A stretch of DNA of 64,000 bases from Terriglobia bacterium. GTDB taxonomy: Bacteria > Acidobacteriota > Terriglobia > UBA7540 > JAPUME01. Location of the stretch: contig CBDEGR010000002.1 of assembly GCA_965237895.1 (NCBI GenBank), positions 1,350,132 to 1,414,131 of the forward strand. Reading direction: 5' to 3'. Shown here piece by piece: positions 58,979 to 64,000 of the stretch. The position numbers were made by a program, and so were the translations under genes. Position 1 is the first letter of the stretch. Each line of letters opens with the position of its first letter. The notes under the pieces were generated by a model. That model was not told where the DNA came from and did no database searches. It saw only the letters and a list, made by a program, of their open reading frames with translations.

Positions 58979-61900
58979 TCAGTCTTCGAGGGGTTCTTGA
59001 CCCGTTGTGACCACCTTCTCGGGGGACCACTCCGGCAAGGGCGGGGTCTTTTCCGGTGGCTTGCCGATGGCTTCTTCCGTTGTTGTTCTGCCGGTAAACT
59101 GAGACCAGAGCCGCGTAAAGACTTTCCGAACATCTTCCAGAATGGCGTAGCTGCAGGGAACGATGGCCAGGGTGATGAGGGTGGAGAACAGTACGCCGAA
59201 GCCCAGGGAGACGGCCATCGGAATCAGAAACTGCGCCTGGACGCTCTTTTCAAACAGCAGCGGTGTCAGTCCGGCAAAGGTGGTGAGTGAAGTGAGGATG
59301 ATGGGCCGGAAGCGCCTGACCCCGGCCGTGCGGATGGCCTCAAACAGCGGCACACCGGCGCGTACGTTGTGGTTGACGTAATCCACCAGAATCAGGCTGT
59401 CATTGACCACCACGCCGGTGAGCGCTACCATGCCGAGGAGCGAGAGCACGCTCAGGTCCATTCTCATAATCATGTGACCCCAGACGGCGCCCACCAAACC
59501 GAACGGTACGGCCGTGAGGACAATCAGCGGTTGGATGTATGACTTGAACGGGATCGCCATCAGCATGTAGATGCCTAGCAGTGCGAACACAAAGCCCTTG
59601 CTCAAGGCCTCGATGGTTTCGCGCTGCTCGTTCTGCACCCCTTCGAGCGTGTAAAAAACCCGGGGATGGTCCTTGAGAAGCTCCGGCAGCGTGGTGGATT
59701 TAATCGCGGCGATAACTTCATTTTCATTGGCGATGGCCGAGTCCACGTCGGCGGTAACGTTGATGGCCCGCTGCCGGTTGACGCGCTTGATGGTGGCGTA
59801 TCCTCGGCCCATGTCGGCTTCCGCCACAGAGGAGAAGGGAACCTCGGCGCCTTCCGGCGTCCGCACGCGCATGTCCTCCAGGTTGCCGAGTGAGCGACGG
59901 TCTTCGGCCGGGTAGCGGACCATGACGCGGACGTCGTCGCGGCCGCGCTGAATCCGCTGCGCCTCTTCTCCATAAAATCCCTGCCGTACCTGCCGGGCGA
60001 GCTCGGAAAGTGTCACCCCCAATTGCTCGGCCGCCGGTTTGATGGAAAGCTTCACCTCGGCTTTGCCTTCGCGGAACGAGTCGGCGATGTTGTAAACGCC
60101 GTTGTAATCGGCCAGTTTGGTCTGTAGCTCTTCGGAGACTTGGCGAAGCTCTTCCATGTCGGGACCTGTCAGTTGGATGTTGATGGCTTCGCCCATTACA
60201 AATAAGGATGCCGTGAAGGTCAGCTCGACGGCGTCGGGAACCGGACCGGTCAGCTCGCGCCAACGGCGGGCGACCTGCTCGCTGTCCATGTCCATGATAC
60301 GCTGCTCGGAAGGCGCGAGTTCGATAGTGATTTCCGCCAGATGAGAACTCGTGTTGACGCCGCCCGCACCGCCGGAGTTTTGGCGCATTTGGGCAAGAAA
60401 AGGCTGCTCGCCGACGGAAGTGAGGATTTGCTGAAAGATGCTGATGTCTTCCTCGGAGTGGTTCCCTTCGGCATCGATCTGCTTTTGAAGTTGAAGCGCG
60501 GCATTTTCGATCTGTAGAGCGGCCCGCTCTGTGGCCTTGGCGGGAACTCCCAACGGCATCGACAAATCGGCGATTACATAGTCGGATTCCACGTTGGGCA
60601 TAAAGACCAGCTTGACCCATCCGGCGCCGACGATGCCGGCCACAATCAGCAGCGTTGAAATGGCGATGGAAAGAGTCAGATAACGCCAGCGCAGCGCGAT
60701 TTCCAAACTGCGGCGGTAGGTGTTGCCCGCAAAGGACTCAAGGCCACTCGAAAAGAAGTTTTGGAACCGGTCCCAGCGGGCGACGAGCCATGATTTTCCG
60801 GGTTTCTCAGCGGCCAAGTTGAGATGGGACAAATGGGCCGGTAGAATGAGGAGCGATTCGATAAGAGAAAACAAGAGAACCGGAATGACGATGAGCGGAA
60901 TAATGCGCCAGAACTTTCCGCTGAACCCCGGTACGAACATGAGTGGGGTAAAGGCCGCCACGGAAGTCAGGACGGCGAAGATCACCGGTACCATCACCTG
61001 ATACGCGCCGCGGACGGCACCCTTCAAGTGCGGCTCGCCCGCCTGATACCGCGTGTAGATGCTCTCGCCGACGACGATGGCGTCATCGACGACGATTCCC
61101 AAAACCACGATAAAGGCGAACAGGGAGAGCATGTTGATCGAAATATCCAGCATCGGCATCATGGCCAGGGCGCCTAGGAACGAAACCGGAATGCCCACCG
61201 CAACCCAGAGCGCAAGGCGGATTTTGAGGAAGAGAACCAGAATGATAAAAAGAAGAATCAGGCCGGAAAGGGCGTTGCGGAGCAGCAGGTCCATGCGGCC
61301 GCTAAGGAATTTCGATTGGTCCATCCATGTGACCAGCGTGATGCCTTCCGGCATGCGGGGCTGCTCTTCTGCGACATATCTGTGTACTGCGTCGGAAACC
61401 TCGATCGCGCTCTGGTCGCCGACCTCATAAACTTGGATCAACACGCCCGGCCTGCCGTTGAAGCGCGCCCACTGGTCGGTTTCGGCGAATCCGTCGACCA
61501 CCGTGGCCACATCGCCCACCGTCAACCGTGTGCCGTCCAGGCGGGTCAGAAGAGCCAGTTTTTCGAACTCTTCGCCTGTGTAGGCTTGACCTTTCGTGCG
61601 GAGTAGAATTTCGCCGCCTTCGGTCTTCACCGACCCGCCGGGCATGTCGAGCGAAGATCTCCGAACAGCGTTTGCCACATAGTCGAAGGTCAGCCCATGG
61701 CGGCGCAGGGAATTTTCAGAGATTTCAATGGAGATTTCATAAGGCCGCGCGTTTGCCAACTCGACGTTGGTGATCTCCGGCAGGGCTTCGATCTCGTTCC
61801 GCACCCGCTCACCCAGCCGCTTCAGCGTGATCTCATCCGCATCGCCGGAAATGCCGACGTTGATCACCTGGCGACGGAGAATTAAATCTTGAATGACGGG

Positions 61901-62275
61901 CCGTTCGGTCTCGTCCGGGAACGTGTCGATGGAATCGACCCGCGACTTTACGTCGTCGAGCAATTCGCGGGTATCGTAGCTCGGGTTGACCTCCACCAGA
62001 ACAATGCTCATCCCTTCCACCGATCGCGAAGTGATTTTCTTGATGCCTTCCAGGCCCTGAAGGGCCTCTTCCACGCGCACCGAGACGCCTTCTTCCACCT
62101 CTTCGGGCCCCGCGCCCAGATAGGGAACATTGATGGAGATCATGTCCACGGACATCTCCGGGAAGATCTCCTTCTTGATGTTGGGGATGGTCAGGAATCC
62201 GCCGACCAGAATCATGACCATGAGCAGATTCGCAGCGACGGAGTTTTCGGCAAACCAAGCGACGGCTTGTTTCAT
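58979..62275 (-). CDS. RND efflux transporter permease (AcrB/HAE-type)
   Basis: 1098 aa. 12-TM, two-large-loop architecture. FAENSVAANLLMVMILVGG opening, and VVLGIVVDDAIVVGE and GVVVNDSLILVDY motifs. Confidence 0.93.
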   Translation of the reverse strand: MKQAVAWFAENSVAANLLMVMILVGGFLTIPNIKKEIFPEMSVDMISINVPYLGAGPEEVEEGVSVRVEEALQGLEGIKKITSRSVEGMSIVLVEVNPSYDTRELLDDVKSRVDSIDTFPDETERPVIQDLILRRQVINVGISGDADEITLKRLGERVRNEIEALPEITNVELANARPYEISIEISENSLRRHGLTFDYVANAVRRSSLDMPGGSVKTEGGEILLRTKGQAYTGEEFEKLALLTRLDGTRLTVGDVATVVDGFAETDQWARFNGRPGVLIQVYEVGDQSAIEVSDAVHRYVAEEQPRMPEGITLVTWMDQSKFLSGRMDLLLRNALSGLILLFIILVLFLKIRLALWVAVGIPVSFLGALAMMPMLDISINMLSLFAFIVVLGIVVDDAIVVGESIYTRYQAGEPHLKGAVRGAYQVMVPVIFAVLTSVAAFTPLMFVPGFSGKFWRIIPLIVIPVLLFSLIESLLILPAHLSHLNLAAEKPGKSWLVARWDRFQNFFSSGLESFAGNTYRRSLEIALRWRYLTLSIAISTLLIVAGIVGAGWVKLVFMPNVESDYVIADLSMPLGVPAKATERAALQIENAALQLQKQIDAEGNHSEEDISIFQQILTSVGEQPFLAQMRQNSGGAGGVNTSSHLAEITIELAPSEQRIMDMDSEQVARRWRELTGPVPDAVELTFTASLFVMGEAINIQLTGPDMEELRQVSEELQTKLADYNGVYNIADSFREGKAEVKLSIKPAAEQLGVTLSELARQVRQGFYGEEAQRIQRGRDDVRVMVRYPAEDRRSLGNLEDMRVRTPEGAEVPFSSVAEADMGRGYATIKRVNRQRAINVTADVDSAIANENEVIAAIKSTTLPELLKDHPRVFYTLEGVQNEQRETIEALSKGFVFALLGIYMLMAIPFKSYIQPLIVLTAVPFGLVGAVWGHMIMRMDLSVLSLLGMVALTGVVVNDSLILVDYVNHNVRAGVPLFEAIRTAGVRRFRPIILTSLTTFAGLTPLLFEKSVQAQFLIPMAVSLGFGVLFSTLITLAIVPCSYAILEDVRKVFTRLWSQFTGRTTTEEAIGKPPEKTPPLPEWSPEKVVTTGQEPLED

Positions 62276-62315
62276 TGTACGGCCCCTGAGTGTGACCTCT
62301 GGGATCGACTTTTCG

Positions 62316-63560
62316 TCAGCCTTTTTCTTCAGTCAATCCGGTAGAGTTGCCCGTCGCGTTGTCGGGTGGGTCGGAGGCGGTGCCGGAAGAACCGATGCGG
62401 ACCCGCATGTTTTCAACCGGCGTGTCCATGGGCGAGATGCAGATGCGTTCCCCGTTTTCCAAACCGGAAGTCACCAGGACCTGCTCGCGGTTCCTCTGGA
62501 GAACTTCAACCTGCCGGAAATGCAGCCGCGCTTCGTCATCGACCACCAGCACCGTATCTTCGGTCCGAAAGGCTGTGCGGGGCAGTACGATAACGTCCCG
62601 CACGGCTCGGCCCCGAATTTCGGCCTCTACGAACATGCCGACGGCCAGAGGGGGCCTTCCTGTTTGCCCTCCGCGTCCGTAGGGATTTTTCACCTGTGCC
62701 ACGGCGTGAATCATGCGGCTTTTGGCGTCGAGCTCTCCTTCGGTTCGGACAATGCGGCCCCGCCAGCGGTACTCTCTGCCGGCGAACTTCGCTTTCAGCG
62801 TAACGGAAGGTCCGGACGGAGAAGTTTTTTCACCGCGGTAGTTCAGTGGCAGGCGCAGAAAAGCGGCGTCTTGGTCGCGGATGGGGAGTCTCACTTCGGC
62901 GTAATCTACGGCGTAGACCCGCGCAATCGGCGTCCCTCGCGTAACGAACTGTCCCCTGTCCACCGACTCGGTCCGCACGCGGCCTGCATAGGGAGCATAG
63001 ATTTTCGTTTTCTCCAAGTTGAGTTTGGCTCTTTCGAGGGCGGCGGTGGCGGAGGCGAGCGCCGCTTCTGCTTCCGCCAACTGGGGCTTGCGAAGCACCA
63101 GGTTGGTGGGTGTGCCATTCCCCAGTTTTTCCCATTCCTGTCGGGCCACGTCGGCTTCCTGTTTTTCCCACTCCAGCCGGAGTTTTTGTCCCGCCACGGC
63201 CGCGCGGGCAGAGATGACGGCGAGTTCGTATTCCCTCGGGTCGATCTTGAGCAACAACTTTCCCGATTCAAAGAAAGAACCCGCCGTGAGGGAAGGAGAG
63301 ACCCAGACGAGGGTCCCGGCGACTTCAGGAATCAACGTGCTTTGGGTGCGCGGCATCACGGTGCCTTGGGAATGTACCTGGAGGCGAATATTTTCTTTTT
63401 CGGCTCGAATCACGCGCACCAGGGGCGGCAAGACTTCCCGCGGACGGGTCTCGGCAACCTCACGGCTGTTGATTATGGTCCAGGCCGTCAGCGCTCCTAC
63501 GGCAATTACGGCGAACGGAAGTAAGATCATTACATAGCGCTTCATGAAGAATTGCTTCAT
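62316..63560 (-). CDS. RND efflux periplasmic adaptor (membrane fusion protein)
   Basis: 414 aa. N-terminal TM anchor, coiled-coil hairpin, and the IYAPYAGRV lipoyl-like motif. Its start overlaps the upstream stop (ATGA). Confidence 0.9.
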   Translation of the reverse strand: MKQFFMKRYVMILLPFAVIAVGALTAWTIINSREVAETRPREVLPPLVRVIRAEKENIRLQVHSQGTVMPRTQSTLIPEVAGTLVWVSPSLTAGSFFESGKLLLKIDPREYELAVISARAAVAGQKLRLEWEKQEADVARQEWEKLGNGTPTNLVLRKPQLAEAEAALASATAALERAKLNLEKTKIYAPYAGRVRTESVDRGQFVTRGTPIARVYAVDYAEVRLPIRDQDAAFLRLPLNYRGEKTSPSGPSVTLKAKFAGREYRWRGRIVRTEGELDAKSRMIHAVAQVKNPYGRGGQTGRPPLAVGMFVEAEIRGRAVRDVIVLPRTAFRTEDTVLVVDDEARLHFRQVEVLQRNREQVLVTSGLENGERICISPMDTPVENMRVRIGSSGTASDPPDNATGNSTGLTEEKG

Positions 63561-64000
63561 GACGGATCGTTCTCCTTTTTCGATATTGCGGCCTGCGTGT
63601 TCGGCGGGGGCGAAGGCGAAGGTTCCGGCGCGGCGTGAAAACCTCCTCCCAAAGCGAGGTGCAAGTTCACACGATTGTCCAGACGCTGGCGGCGAACGGC
63701 CAGAAGATTGCTCTCGGCGTCAAGAGCGCTCCGCTGCGAATTGAGAACCGTGATGATGTCGGCCAAGCCCGCCCGGTAGCGTTCCTCCGCCAATGTCCGC
63801 GCCGCCACCCCCTGACGGACGGCGGATTCCAGGTGCTGTTGCTGTTGCTCCCCAAACCGCTCGGCGGCCAGGGCCGTTTCGACTTCCCGGAACGCGTTCA
63901 ACACGGCGTTGGCGAAAACGGCTTCAGCTTCCTCCGAGCGAGCCAGGTTGAGCCTGACGTTGGCGCGCAGGCGGCCTCCCTGGTAAATTCGCTGTACCAA
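63557..64000 (-). CDS. outer-membrane efflux protein (TolC/OMF family), C-terminal part only; truncated by the window edge
   Basis: Translation shows the second OEP repeat (YRAGLADIITVLNSQRSALDAESNLLAVRRQRLDNRVNLHLALGGGF). The N-terminus lies beyond position 64000. Confidence 0.85.
   Translation of the reverse strand: MVQRIYQGGRLRANVRLNLARSEEAEAVFANAVLNAFREVETALAAERFGEQQQQHLESAVRQGVAARTLAEERYRAGLADIITVLNSQRSALDAESNLLAVRRQRLDNRVNLHLALGGGFHAAPEPSPSPPPNTQAAISKKENDPS

Overview
GC-rich bacterial chromosomal window. GC was judged by eye, not computed. Gene content and the hairpin-repeat style look Acidobacteriota-like, but I cannot verify that here. All family calls come from motifs I recognise in the supplied translations; no database search was possible.

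Backbone is ordinary housekeeping:
- methylmalonyl-CoA mutase large subunit, acyP, apt, mtaB
- an NfeD-SPFH operon and tldD-pmbA
- a DAHP synthase/prephenate dehydratase fusion, rpsU
- a split biotin carboxylase plus biotin-carrier pair
- rplM-rpsI-rpsB-tsf-pyrH-frr-rel, rpmB
- an RND efflux operon truncated at the 3' window edge
- tRNA-Lys(CTT) and tRNA-Asn(GTT)

Accessory content:
- A decayed integrase remnant beside tRNA-Lys.
- An approximately 7.8-kb degraded island starting inside the 3' end of tRNA-Asn. It holds an N-truncated large serine recombinase, a 1260-bp IS3-family element, a fragment of a second IS3-type orfA, a HEAT-repeat gene, an IS1380-family transposase, and fragments of restriction/defence-type genes.
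- Two low-GC patches of gene debris at about 20.15-21.3 kb and 53.6-54.7 kb.

I did not find a coherent, intact, novel multi-gene system.

Observations most worth a second look:
1. An in-frame TGA at the first Cys position of a thioredoxin-fold CxxC motif, followed by a hairpin at bacterial-SECIS distance.
2. A 28-codon ORF with 9 Phe codons that overlaps the start codon of the DAHPS-prephenate dehydratase fusion.
3. Several families of intergenic hairpin repeats. One inverted pair brackets a low-GC cassette.
4. An unusually high density of interrupted or fragmentary genes, several broken at G/C homopolymer runs. This is either assembly error or real genome decay.
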